In this document: piece by piece, positions 25,402 through 38,297 of the stretch
Layout: each line of letters begins with the position of its first letter
How positions within the stretch are numbered: position 1 is the stretch's first letter
Assembly (NCBI RefSeq): GCF_009914755.1
Contig: NC_060947.1
Length of the DNA: 64,000 nt
Direction: 5' to 3' (one strand)
Source of the DNA: the human T2T-CHM13v2.0 reference genome, Homo sapiens
The notes under the pieces: model-generated
Told to the model about the DNA's origin: nothing
Seen by the model: only the letters and a program-made list of their open reading frames with translations
The model's database searches: none
Program-made: the position numbers and the translations under genes

Positions 25402-27479
25402 TTTATAAAAATATTCCTACAAGCACTATTTGTTAATGCCCCTAATCTAGAAACAATACAAATGTTTATCCATAGTAGAATAGACAAATTGTTGCATATT
25501 CATGCAAGTGGCTATATTCAGCAATGAAAATGAATGAACTGAGTTGCATACCAACATGAATGAATCTCCTAGTACTAATGTTGAGTGAGTCACAGAAGAA
25601 AGTTACACAAGAATATATACAATATAAGTTCACTTATCTAACATTAAAAATATAAAGGATTAAATAATATTTTAGGATTCAAATATAACTAAACAAGTTA
25701 AAACACAAAATTCAGGACTGAGGCTACTTACATGAGGAGAGGGGAGGGATGGGTAAGGCTTCTTTTGATAGAATTTAAAGCACAAAGCATTAACTGAAAT
25801 AAGTGATATCACATAATAACAGGAAAAAGCCACCAATAAGATATAACTGGTATAAGCTTTTATGCACTGAAAAAACATAGCTTCAAACATATACATAGTA
25901 TTAACAAATTTAAAGTAGAAATTGGTAAAATTGTATTACAGTGAAAGAGTTTCACACATATCTATCTGAAACCAGTAAATCGAGCAGGCAAAAAATTAGT
26001 AAGTATTTAGAAATCTAAAAAAAAGGCAATTAGCAAGCTTAATCTAACACATATATACATTTCTTCAGAGAAGAAATGCATAATATAATTTGTGAGCTTG
26101 ATTTTCAAGCTTGCATATAAAATTTACAAAAATATATTATGTTTCAGATCCTGCAAAAAATCTAAACAAATTTTTAAAGAGCCAATATCATGCAGGCAGC
26201 TTTCTCTGAATGAATTTCAGTTAAAAGATAGAATATATATGTGTATATATATATATATGATTAAGAACCACGTGCTTGGAGATTAAAAATATGAATTATT
26301 AAATAACTTTAGGAATAAGAAATCAGAGGAAATCATACATATTTAATAGTAGATAACAATAAAAATAAAAATTCCAGCATGATATGCATAGGAAAGTACC
26401 ATTTATGTAAATTAAAAATATAAAACATTAGCACATATTTTAGAGATGAATACTTATGTAGCCAATATATGAAAACAAATTAGAATTGTATTTATCATCC
26501 TTAGTATTGAAATGGGGGAATGGAAAATAATGGGATTTGAGAGATACACCCAAGAGGCTGCAATTCTGTGTTTTTTTAAAGGTACAAAAGACATGAAAGA
26601 GTTAAAATTTATTTAAGCTGGGTAGTGATTAAACATTCTATTATTATCTCTACCCTTCTGTATGTTTGAAATATTTCATGATAAAAAGAAACATAAAATA
26701 AGAGAAGGAAAATGCACTGTGCATAAAATAGTACATATTTTTTTTGTTTCTAGTGTGAATAAGAGATAATAAATGTAATTTTTTAGAACTTTTTCTCTCT
26801 GGGAACAAGAGATTGCCTTTGAAAACAAAAGGGACTTTAAACTGACGCATGCTGTAAGGAGATAGCAAATGTGATACATTTTATGTTTTCTTGAAGTGTT
26901 TGTTGCTTTTTATCTGGTGGATGTTTTATAATCCCTCTCTGGTGAACTAGGTTGGGCAGTCTACCTGGATATAGCTGAATATAGCAAATATAATGGAGAT
27001 ACCTATTTGGCTTAGTTTGTGGATAGCTTTGGGTTAAGCTTTGTTACACTAAAATCCTGGCCAGAGTGAGTCCTACTGGAAAGCGGGCAGTAAGCTGTGG
27101 ACACCGAGAGAAAGCTCTATGTGGGTTCACTTTCTCATGCCTCCTCTTATTATTGGTAGTCAAATGACAAGGGTATGGTTTTAGGGGGATGGTGCCAAGG
27201 AACAGGGCACTTGACTTGCTTCTACCTCATTCCTGAGCCAAAGGTCAAAAGGAGTTTGTTTAGCTTCTACTGGTTCAGCCCAGCTCAGTGGATAGGTGGA
27301 TCATTATGTGGTACTGGATAAGGTCTTAGTTAATAAAAAGTACGGATTTTCTTGGTTTCTTGGTACTTTGTAGCTTGTGAATATACTGTGGCAATAGACA
27401 GCTAGTTGAGAATTCAGGAATGTGGGATATGATCAGACATCTGTTTCATCTCAAAGCATGATGAAGGGAATCTACTATC

Positions 27480-29750
27480 CCTTTCTTGTTGAATTTTCTC
27501 TCCTGTCTTGGCTAGGGATCTACTTACCTTTTCAGAATGTCCTGCACTCTCACAGTTCCATTTCATTCTCTCCCTCTGATTCTTCATCTTCTAACCCCTC
27601 ACTAAATATTTATGTCCTCTAGGGTTTTTCAGCCCTCTCCTCTCCTCTCTCCTCGCCCCTACCTACCCCCCGCCCTGCTCCTCGCTCCTCTCCCCTCCCC
27701 TTCTCCCCTCCCCTCCCCTTCCCTCTCCCCTCTCCTCCCCTCCCCTCCCCTTCCCTCTCCCCTCTCCTCCCCTTCCCTATCCCCTCCCCTCCCCTCCCCT
27801 CCCCTTCCCTCTCCCCTCCCCTTCCCTCTCCCCTCCCCTTCCCTCTCCCCTCCCCTCCCCTTCCCTCTCCCCTCCCCTCCCCTCCCCTCTCCCCTCCCCT
27901 CCCCCTCCCCTCTCCCCTTCCCTCCCCTCCCCTCCCCCTCCCCTCTCCCCTTCCCTGCCGTCTCCTCCCCTCCCCCTCTCCCCTCCCCTCCCCCTCTCCC
28001 TTCTCCCCACCCCTCCCCCTCCCCTTCCCTTCTCCCCTCCCCTCCCCCTCCCCTCTCCCTCCCCCTCCCCTGTCCTCTCCTCCCCTCCCCTCCCCTCCTC
28101 TCCTCTCCCCCTCCCTTCTCCCCTCCCCTCCCCTCTCCCTCCCCCTCCCCCTCCCCTGCCCTCTCCTCCCCTCCCCTCTCCCTTCCCCTCCCCCCTCCCC
28201 CTCACCTCTCCCCTCCCCCTCACCTCCCCCTTGCCTCTCCCCTCCCCCTCCCCTCCCCCTCCCCTCCCCCTCCCCTTCCCCTCCCTTCTCCCCTCCCCTC
28301 CCCCTCCCCTCCCCCCCTCCCCCTCCCCTCCCCCCTCTCCCCTCCCCTCCCTTCTCCCCTCCCCTCCCCCTCTCCCCTCCCCTCCCCCCTCTCCCCTCCC
28401 CTCCCTTCTCCCCTCCCCTCCCCCTCCCTTCTCCCCTCCCCTCCCCCTCCCTTCTCCCCTCCCCTCCCCCCTCTCCCCTCCCCCTCCCTTCTCCCCTCCC
28501 CTCCCCCCTCTCCCCTCCCCTCCCCCTCCCTTCTCCCCTCCCCTCCCCCCTCTCCCCTACCCTCTCCCCTCTCCCCTCCCGTCCCCCTCCCCTCCCCTCC
28601 CCCTCCCTTCTCCCCTCCCCTCCCCTCTCCCCTCCCCATCCCCTGTCCCCTCCCCTCTCCCCTCCCCTCTCCCCTCCTCTCTCCCCTCCCCTCTCCCCTC
28701 CCCTCTCCCTCTCCCATCCCCCTCCCCCTCCCGTCCCCCTCCCCCTCCCCTCTCCCCTCCCCCTCCCGTCCCCCCTCCCCTCCCCCTCCTATCTCCCCTC
28801 CCCTCCCCTTCCCCTCTCCCCTCCCGTCTCCCCTCCCTTCTCCCCTCCCTTCTCCCTTCCTCTCCCCCTCCCCTCCCATCCGCTCCCCTCCCTTCCCCTC
28901 CTCCTCTCTCTGTACTTTTTCTGTGGGTGGTTTCACGTCCCTTCCGCATTGAAGCCTAAATGCTCTATCTTTAGGCATAGCTTCAGACCTGCATACCCAG
29001 GAGGGTGTTGCACAAATTATCCCAAACTCAATTCATTACTGCTGCAAACCTGACTTCATACTTTTTAAATTTACATTCGTTTTGCTGATGAAAGATGTAG
29101 CTATCTATTAAGTAAATCAGGTTAGTAACCAAGGAGTTATAGTTGCTTGATTCCTTTCCTCACTCAATATGAAGTCATTCTCTGGGTTTTGTTTTTATTT
29201 CTTCAGATTCTTTCGTGTTGCTTATTTTCCATCTCTACTCCTTCTTCCCTAGTTCAGATTCCTAGCCTTTCCTACCAGCTTTCTAATTGGTCTCTACATC
29301 TCCACTGTTTTCTATAACAAATCCATTCCTTACATTTATGCCAAAGTAATCATTCTGAAACATGTCTTAGCACATAATTCATTTGATTAAACATTTTTAG
29401 GGCCTCTTTATTATCTACAATATAAACTCTTTCTTCCTTGCCTGGCATTGAAGACTGATCACTTGACCCTGGCCCGCCCTTGATTCCTGGCATTTAATTT
29501 GCCCCGTTTCCTTATCATGCAAACTCTGTTTCAGCTCTACTACACTAATTGCTGTTCTCTGAATCTGTAGTATACTTAGATATCCCTTGGCATTTGCTCA
29601 TGCTATTTCATCTGCCTGAAATTCCCTTGTGATTCCACCCATTATACAATTTTGCCTTATGAAAACCTACTCATCCTTCAAGATTCTGCTCCAATGTTAC
29701 TTTTTCTATGACACGGACCTGTTCTTGATCAACATGCTTGTATTTAATTG
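27480..29750 (+). mobile_element. L2, interrupted by an expanded pyrimidine tract
   Basis: Sense L2-like text before (CTAAATATTTATGTCCTCTAGGG...CAGCCCT) and after the tract (AGCTTTCTAATTGGTCTCT; CATTTGCTCATGCTATTTCATCTGCCTGAAAT). Confidence 0.6.
27633..28911. repeat. 1.28-kb polypyrimidine/polypurine tract (CCCCT/CCCTCT/CCCTT-type units)
   Basis: Almost only C and T on the + strand, with scattered A/G interruptions. Confidence 0.97.
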
Positions 29751-31795
29751 TTTATGGCATTTTTGGGTTTTGGAATTGGATTTGCTTTCTTTGGATGCAC
29801 TGCCATGCTTAGCCCAACCTCCATAAAACCTGGTTTTATTTGAGTAAGATACTAATGCATCTTATTTCTAATTGCATCTTTTAGCTAGGAAAAATGTCTT
29901 TCTGGTTTTTTAAATGCACTTTTAGCACTCAAGAAAGTGTACACAAGATATTATATATCATTATTCTCATTTAATGAAGAAGAGAATTTGTGCTAAGTAA
30001 ATATGTGTAAGCAGACTCTATAGCCTACTCTCAAAGTAGCTAAATAGCTCTAATTTTGTTAATTAAGAGCACTATCTGAATTCCAAACCAATTTTTAAAG
30101 CTGATCACTAAAATGTAGAAGTACATTAAGTATCCAAAAATCAAATTTAAAATATAGCACAATAAAGACTGAAAACATTAATCTTAGGCCCCATGTAAAC
30201 AAAATAAATCTTTCTTTTGCCTTTAATCAATATTAGCTGAACAGAACTTCAAACTATGGTGACTAAAGGAATGTCACCATGCCCTGGTAAGGCAGAAAAG
30301 AAGAAAAAAAAGAAGAAAAGAAAAAGGAGCAACCAAAGAGAGTGCTTCAAAAATGGGAAACATAGATGAAAAATCTGAGAGAAGATTCAGAGATTCTTGT
30401 TCTACCAAATTCTCTGGATTCAATAGCTTTGAGTAGTCTGGTCCATATCTTGGTTACCCTGGAACTTCATTAAGCACGTCTAGGTGCTTGATGAAATTTC
30501 ATCTTTTCTTTTCCTCATAGTTTATATGTTCTGTCTGAAGCCTCTGGAATTTAAGAGATTCAGATAGTCTAGTAAATAGCTTTCAAATTTTGGAGTTATT
30601 ACCAATAATTAGAGCATCTATATATTTCTGTATCAACACAAAAGTCAGGTGTCTCCTTGGATTTTGTGTAGAACATCATAGCAATAACAATGAAGTAATT
30701 TCCTAATATATAATTTATTTTTAGAGATGGTGCTGTTTAATGAAATCTAAGCACATGGAAAAGTTTCAATAGGCTGACTTTATCCTACCTTGTTTGGAAT
30801 ATGCGTTTCTATCAAAATGTTAACTCTCCTGATTTCATTAATTTATACTAAAGAGATTTCCCATAATTTCCAGTTTGTACTTTGTTTGGCAGGACTTGGA
30901 TTTTGTTAGGTAATATTCAGGCAATAATGTTTCAATATGCCATATTCTCACAAGAAAATAATCTAATAATTTTCACACATGCATAGAGTCTTAATCAAAA
31001 TTTGAGAGAACAGGTCAAATAAATGTCTGGTGATATAAAGGGTGTTGTTTTAATATGATTTTCATGAGGTACTGTTAAATGGGAAATATAAAGCAAAAAG
31101 AATGTTTTAAAAAATTTTATAGTCAGATCATTCAGAAGTGGAGAAATCTGCAAATTTTCTGAAAGCAGAGTACTTAATATTCTTTTACTTTAGTAATTGC
31201 CAAAAATATTGGAGGTAACATTCTCCATTTATCCCAACATGAATATTCTGCTCCAGCTATTATCCCCTAAACACATATTAGTCATTTTCATCTCTGAACA
31301 TTTTTCTCATTGTGTTATTAATTCACCTTGCCTTCCATGTCTAGTTGCCTGAATTTTCCCATACTCAAAGCTTTCTTATCCTCATTGGTCCACATCAACT
31401 TATTCATAAAACTTTTGTCACAACCTGGCCTGTTTCTCAAATACTGGATACGGTTTTTACCTGGTTATGGGACACCTAATTATGACATAGCTTCAAGAAA
31501 GGACTGGCACTGCTCAAATAGTGAGACTACTTTCATTATAATGAGATGAAGTGATGGAGTCTATGAATTGGTCTACTCTCCTCATTGCTTTCTGAAACAA
31601 ATTCACCTTCCCTGACCTTCACTAAGCTTAGTCATAGTTTTGGATCTTGGTATTGGCGCACTAGCATAGAAATCTGGGTCTACTAAAAGTTCCCATCTCT
31701 AGCTCACTACAGTAATTTAGCAAGTCACAACTCCTCACCTGTCTGTTTCTCCTTGTCTCTGCCAAAAAATGGTGTAGTTGAGGCCACTACCCCGC

Positions 31796-31975
31796 TTTTT
31801 TAAAAAAAATTTCTTAAATTTTTGTGGGTACATAATAGGTGTATATATTTATCGGGTACATGAGATGTTCTGATACAGGCATGCAATGTGAAATAAGCAT
31901 ATCGTGAAGAATAGGTTATCCATTCCCTCAAGCATTTAACCCTTTGAGTGACAAAGAATTCAATTACACTCTTTA
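31796..31975 (-). mobile_element. L1MA1/2-like 3' end
   Basis: TTTTTGTGGGTACATAATAGGTGTATATATTTATCGGGTACATGAGATGTTCTGATACAGGCATGCAATGTG. Confidence 0.85.
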
Positions 31976-31979
31976 CCTA

Positions 31980-32875
31980 TGCTACCAGTTGAGTCTCCCA
32001 ACTAGTCTATTTGCTTCCAAAGTTTCCCTCATCCAATCAACCCTTCATACTTTAGTCACAGTTATCGCTCTAAAATACACTTGATCATACCACAATTCTG
32101 CCCCTCTTAAAAGCCCTCTGTGGCTTCCTGTGGTCCTTAGAATAAAGCCTAGAGCTCTTTTTTTAAGAACATGTTAAGTTTATGAACTATTGGTTATTCT
32201 AGATCATCTTATGTACAGCCAGCTTTCTGGTTGGTTTCTATCATAACGCTTTAAAAAGCCAAACTTCTGTCATGGCACTAATCTGGTTAATCAATTGTAA
32301 TTTTTTAAAATTTGACTGAATTCTTCAGAATGCAAGTTTCACTAGGGTGGGGTTCTCTCTGCCCTGTTCTCTGTTGTATTCCCAATGCCTAAATCAGTAT
32401 CTTTAAGCTCCCATTGAATGAATATGTGAATTTATGTATATATGAATGTATACCTACTCTTCCAGCCTCCTCTTTAACCACTTCCCCCAAATACTTCCTT
32501 TGCTCCAGTCATAGGGAGAAAACTTACACTTCTCTGAAGAGTCATGATGTTTCCAGTTCTCTGCTTAAATAAATGCCATACCTTTACTTTGTCTTTTCTC
32601 CCTCTCCTCTATTTTTTCACGTAGTGACTCCTAATTGTCATTCATAACAGCTTCTCCCGAACCCTAGTTTTATATACTCTCTCACAACACTTTATGCTTA
32701 TTTTAATTACATTGTATTTTTCTTTTTTCACATTTAATTGTTTATTTTCTTGTCTTTTTGCCTTACTAGACTGAGCAACTTGAGAGCAGGGACCATGTCT
32801 TACATGTTTTTGTCTCCTTGTTGCTTTGGAGAGACATGGTAAGTTCCCAATAAGTATGTGTTGTAGGAAGAGTTA
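31980..32875 (+). mobile_element. L2 fragments
   Basis: AAAGCCCTCTGTGGCTTCC...CTTAGAATAAAGCC; ACTAGACTGAGCAACTTGAGAGCAGGGACCATGTCTT. Confidence 0.65.
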
Positions 32876-33109
32876 GTCTTTCATGGTCTTATATGGTGCT
32901 TCATCCCATACTACCTTCTTGGTATTGATCAGCTAAATTATAGAATTCAGTACTTCTTTGACAGCATTTTCCTGAATTGTGATCTCACCTCATATTATTA
33001 ATGTGCTCCCCAATCCAGTCTCCATCTGGTATATTTCCAGGTGGATGGTCTCCAGGTGGCCAGTAGGAGGAAGTTTTTCTCTTTTTCTGTTCCTAGTCCC
33101 TAAAAAAGA

Positions 33110-33441
33110 AGTTATAAATACAGTTTTTCACAGAATCTAGGCAAGTAACATAAATGAGTACAGCAGGCAATAAAATACAATAGGGAGTGGAGAGGATTGT
33201 GGTAAACTAGAGAGTATAGAGTTAATTGATTTAGATGAGGCAGTTGCTGCTTAGTTACACTTGATTTTTGTCATGCAGAAACGTAGGGGCCGGGGTGTCT
33301 AATTACTCCACTTTTTAAAAAAGAAAAATGCAAATCTGGATGTTTAGTAGAATGTCCTGATCTTTTAGCCTTTGTGTAGGCTAAACAAAGCACATCTGCA
33401 TGTTAAATGCAACCCAAGGGTCTGTCTGTTTGCAACTTCTG
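33110..33441. mobile_element. MER102-like hAT-Charlie element
   Basis: AGGCAAGTAACATAAATGAGT...ACAATAGGGAGTGG...AAACAAAGCACATCTGC...GTTTGCAACTTCTG. Confidence 0.65.
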
Positions 33442-33609
33442 TAATTTAACCCCTTTGAAGCTCTATAAGTCCACAATAGCCAAACCAATTCACATCATAT
33501 CTATAATTGAGCCCTTGTGTGCTAGACTTATTTGGTCAGCATTCTGGGACCCCCACAGTCTACAATGATGTCATCCATTTCTGAAATCCTGTGACAGTGA
33601 TATGTGTGG

Positions 33610-33840
33610 GAGATGTAGTTGGGTGTAATATAATATTAAAGGACCATGGACTTTGAAGACAGACAGACATATATTTGAAGCCCTTCTCTGCAGGTTATTT
33701 AGTTACGTGATTTTTTTGAGAATTACTTAAAGTCTCTGAAGCTCAGTTTACTAATTCATAAAATGAAAACGATTAGACCATTATCATGGTTGTAGTAAAG
33801 GTTTTTTGTGACAATGGGTATAAAATGCCTGGCACAAATT
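33610..33840 (+). mobile_element. MIR
   Basis: GGACTTTGAAGACAGACAGAC...TTACTTAAAGTCTCTGAAGCTCAGTTT...ATAAAATG...ATGCCTGGCACA. Confidence 0.7.
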
Positions 33841-34111
33841 GTGCTGCCTTGTTTGGTTGTTCACCAATCCTGGCGAGCTCAAAACTATTTCCCCCCTCAG
33901 ATACTTATAATATTATGATTGTTCTGTACTCTGTGCATTTTGCATTTTCAAAAAGTAGAAAATCTCACAGAAAACAGTGAACACGTACTTCTTTTTCTGT
34001 TCCCAAAGATCATTTTTAAATTTCATCAAATCAAGATTTTTTTTAGTTTAAAGGAAATCCAATGAGAAATCTTAATATATCAAAGGATAAATGGGAAGCT
34101 ACTCTGGTTTA

Positions 34112-34336
<225 letters not shown>

Positions 34337-34864
34337 TCACTAACTGGAATGTTAGCTTTCTATAGATCAGGGTTTGAGAAACCATGGGCTAGGGGATAAT
34401 ACTTTACAGTCAGGGCCTCAATAGAAGTCTATAATTTGACTCATCTGTTGACAAAGTGAGTTTCTCCAGAAATAGAGTATTGCATCTCCAGTAGCAGCTC
34501 TAAACTTCTGCGGTATGTGTACCCATATTTCTTCAGTGCAGTCATGCTGATGAAGGCTAAAGACATTTTGCTTCACAAAGTTATGTCTTGGAATAGCTGT
34601 GCACTGATGACTCACTGATGATATTTTAGTATTGTTTTGGTTAATTGTTAAATTTTAAAAGGAATATGCCCATGCCAAAATTGTATTCTGTACAGAAGTC
34701 AAATTAGTTTTGAAGCAAGAGTTTGGTCATAACTGAAGTATTGAAAAATTATATCTTCCCATTTGAAAGCTGTAACACCGATGAGGTGAAATAGCTGCTG
34801 TAACACAATGATTGCTTCAGTGGGCTGAGTCTCTGAAAACATTTAAAGAATATTTTAATGCATC

Positions 34865-35933
34865 TATCGGGGGACCTGCCCCGATAATCACGTAGGTTCT
34901 TTTCTATTTTCCTAAGCATCGGCTGGCTTGAGAAATAAAGGGACAGAGTACAAAAGAGAGAAATTTTAAAGCTGGACGTCTGGGGGAGACATCACACGTT
35001 GGTAGGATCTGTGATGCCCCACAAGCCACAAAAACCAGCAAGTTTTTATTAGGGAGTTTCAAAAGGGGAGGGAGTGTGCGAATAGGTGTGGGTGACAGAC
35101 ATCAAGAACTTAACAAGGTAATAGAATATCACAAGGCAGGTGGAGGCAGGGCGAGATCACAGGACCACAGGATGGAGGCGAAATTAAAATTGCTAATGAA
35201 GTTTCGGGCACCATTGTCATTGATAACATCTTATCAGGAGACAGGGTTTTGAGATCAACCCGTCTGACCAAAGTTTATTAGGCGGGAATTTCCTCCTCCT
35301 AATAGCCTGGGAGTGCTATGGGAGACTGGAGTTTATTTCACCTCTGCAATCTTGACCAGAAGAGACAGGTATGCCCCGGGGGGGCCAGTTCAGAGACCTA
35401 CCCCTAGGTGTGCATTCTCTTTCTCAGGGACGTTCCATGCTGAGAAAAGGAATTCAACAATATTTCTCCCATTTGCTTTTGAAAGAAGAGAAATATGGCT
35501 CTGTTCTGCCCGGCTCACCTGCGGTCAGAGTTTAAGGTTATCTCTCTTATTCCCTGAACAATTGCTGTTGTCCTGTTCTTTTTTCAGGGTGCCCACATTT
35601 CATATTGCTCAAACACACATGCTGTACAATTTGTGTACTTAACGCAACTATTACAGGGTCCTGAGACGATATACATCCTTCTCGGCTGACAGGATTAAGA
35701 GATTAAAGCAAAGACAGGCATAGGAAATCACAAGGATATTGATTGGGGAAGTGATAAGTGTCCATGAAATCTTTACAATTTATGTTTAGAGACTGCAGTA
35801 AAGACAGGCATAAGAAATTACAAAAGTATTAATTTGGGGAACTAATAAATGTCCACAAAATCTTCACAATCCACATTATTCTGTCATGGCTTCAGCCGGT
35901 CCCTCCGTTTGGGGTCCCTGACTTCCCGCAACA
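34865..35933 (-). mobile_element. MER11C solo LTR (HERV-K HML-8)
   Basis: Minus strand begins TGTTGCGGGAAGTCAGGGACCCCAAACGGAGGGACCGGCTGAAGCC; 1069 bp; 6-bp TSD TGCATC/TGCACC. Confidence 0.92.
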
Positions 35934-36054
35934 TGCACCATGTCAAGACTAGGGAAGCTTCATTCACATGGTGACAGCTCCTCCTTGTCTGCTGTGTATA
36001 AATTAATTGCTAAGTAAGAGAAAGTACTTAAGGCAAGTTCACTAAGACTGGCCA

Positions 36055-37290
36055 GAAAGGGCAAAGATTTTTTGTCTAAGAGCTCAAAAGCACAAGCAAC
36101 CAAAACAAAAATAGACAAATGTGATTACATCAAGCTTAGAAGCTCTACACAGCAAAGGAAACAATTAACAAAGTGAAAAGACAACCTGCAGAATGGGAGA
36201 AAATATTTGCAAGCTGTCCGTCTGACAACGAACTAATAACCAGAATACATAAGGAGTTTAAACAACTCAATAGCAATAAAACAAATAATACAGTTAAAAA
36301 TGGGCAAAAGATTTGAATAGACATTTCTCAAAATAAGATATACAAATGGCCAACAGGTATATGAAAAAATGCTCAACATCACTAATCATTAGATTCAAAT
36401 TGAAACCACAATGAGATATCATCTCACACCAGTTAAAATGGCTACTGTAAAAAAAAAAAGCAGGAAATAATGGATGCTGGCAAGGATGTGGAGAAAGGAG
36501 AACTCTCAGAAATTTAAATTAGTACAGCCACAATAGAAAACTATATGGAGGTTCCTCAAAAAAAAAAAAAACAAAAATAGAACTACCATATGATCCAGCA
36601 ATTCCACTATTGGGTATATATCCAAAAGAAAGAAAAATCAACCTATCAAAGAGATACCTGCACTCCCATGTTTATTGTAGCACTACTCACAATACCCAAA
36701 GTATGGAATCAACCTAAATGTCCATCAGTGAATAAATGAATAAGGACAATGTGGTATATATACACAATGAAATACTATTCAGCTATAAAAGGAATGAAAT
36801 TATGTCATTTGCAGCAGCATGGATGGAACTGGAGGTCATTATGTTGGGTGAAGTAAGGCAAGCACAGAAGGATAATTTTTGCATGTTCTCACTAATATGT
36901 GGGAGCTAACATAGTGGATCTCATGAAGATAAAGAATAGCTTGTTGTTATTAGAGGACAGGAAGGATAGCAGGGAGGAGGGATAAGGGGGGGTTGATTAA
37001 TGGGTACAAATAACAGTGTGATAGAAAAAATAACACATAGTGTTTGACGGAACAATAGTGTGATTATCATTTACAATAATCTGTATTTTAAAATACCTAA
37101 AAGAGAATAATTTGAATGTTTCTAGCATGAAGAAAAGACAAGTATTTAAGATGGTGGATATCCTAAGTACACTGATTTGATCTTTACAAATTATATGAAT
37201 ATATTAAATTATCACATGTACCCCCCAAATACATGGTACATAATAGATGTGTATATCTATTATGTATCATTAAAAAATAAAACAAAAAGA
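36055..37290 (+). mobile_element. L1MA3-like, 5'-truncated
   Basis: ORF2 3' region plus 3'UTR GATTTGATCTTTACAAATTATATGAATATATTAAATTATCACATGTACCCC; approximate TSD AAGA(C/AT)TGGCCAG. Confidence 0.88.
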
Positions 37291-37511
37291 ATTGGCCAGC
37301 AAAAAGGAAGGCCTTCTAATAAAGGGAGGAGGTAACCGCCAGTGACTTTTCAGATCCTGGAAAGACTTCTGTTCCCCCCAAACACAACCTTGAACCATTG
37401 GTTGAAGCCTAGAGTCCCTTTAACAAGGGAAAAATCTTCTCAGTTTTTAGAGAGGATATTTCTCATCTCCCGTATAAGGAATTATAGAAATAGAAACTCA
37501 ACTGCATCCCA

Positions 37512-37670
37512 AGAGGCAGTGTAATGTAGTTGCCAAGTACACGGTTTCTGGAGACAGGCACTATGGGTTTGAAACCCTGCTCTTCAGCTTAACTTGTTGT
37601 GTAGCCCTAGGCACGTCACTTTGCCCATCTGCCTCAGTTTTCTCTTCTGTAAAATGGTGATGATAGTGTT
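37512..37670 (+). mobile_element. MIR (host of MER2)
   Basis: GAGGCAGTGTAATGTAG...GGGTTTGAAACCCTGCTCT...GCCTCAGTTTTCTCTTCTGTAAAATGG. Confidence 0.8.
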
Positions 37671-37671
37671 A

Positions 37672-38297
37672 TAGTTGGACCTCCATACCCGTGGGTCCCG
37701 GCTCTGTGGATTGAACTAACGGTGGATTAAAAATATAGTCACGTACCACATAGTCAATCAATCAGTGATGGACCATATATATGGCAGTGATCCCATAAGA
37801 TTATAATACCGTATTTTATTGTACCTTTTCTATGTTTAGATACATAAATACTAACCATTGTGTTACAATTGCCTACAGTATTCAGTGTAGTAACATGCTG
37901 TACAGGTTTGCAGCATAGAAGTGATAGGCTATACCACATAGCTAGGTGTGTAGTAGGCTATACCATCTAGGTTTGTGTAAGTACACTCTAGGATGTTTAC
38001 AAAATGATGAAATCACCTAATGTTGCACTTCTTATAACGTATTCCCTTTGTTAAGCAACACATGAGTGTACTAAAAAAAACAGGTCAATACTAAAAAATA
38101 ATACAGATAAAATACAGTATAACAACTATTTACATAGCATTATGTGTAATCTAGAGATGCTTTAAAGTATACAAGAGGCTGTGCATAGGTTATATGCGAA
38201 TATTATGCCATTTTATATCAGTGACTTGAGCTTTCGCAGATTTTGATATACACCAGGGATCCTAGAACCAATCCCCAGGGAGACCAAGGGATGACTG
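37672..38297. mobile_element. MER2-type TcMar-Tigger MITE, split by Tigger3a
   Basis: CCTCCATACCCGTGGGTCCCGG...; TACAGTATAACAACTATTTACATAGCAT...CCTAGAACCAATCCCC...AAGGGATGACTG. Confidence 0.8.
37736..38068. mobile_element. Tigger3a
   Basis: CCCATAAGATTATAATACCGTATTTT...GGTTTGTGTAAGTACACTCTA...TTAAGCAACACATGAGTG; TA on both flanks. Confidence 0.85.

Noticed and set aside
27633-28911. SVA (CCCTCT)n hexamer head
   Set aside because: No Alu-like region, VNTR, SINE-R, poly(A) or TSD follows; the flanks are L2-like.
27612-28978. 446-aa Pro/Ser/Leu-rich ORF (extensin/formin-like) and antisense Gly/Arg/Glu ORFs
   Set aside because: A C/T-only (or G/A-only) tract cannot encode stop codons, so long ORFs appear in several frames on both strands; no promoter, splice or domain evidence.
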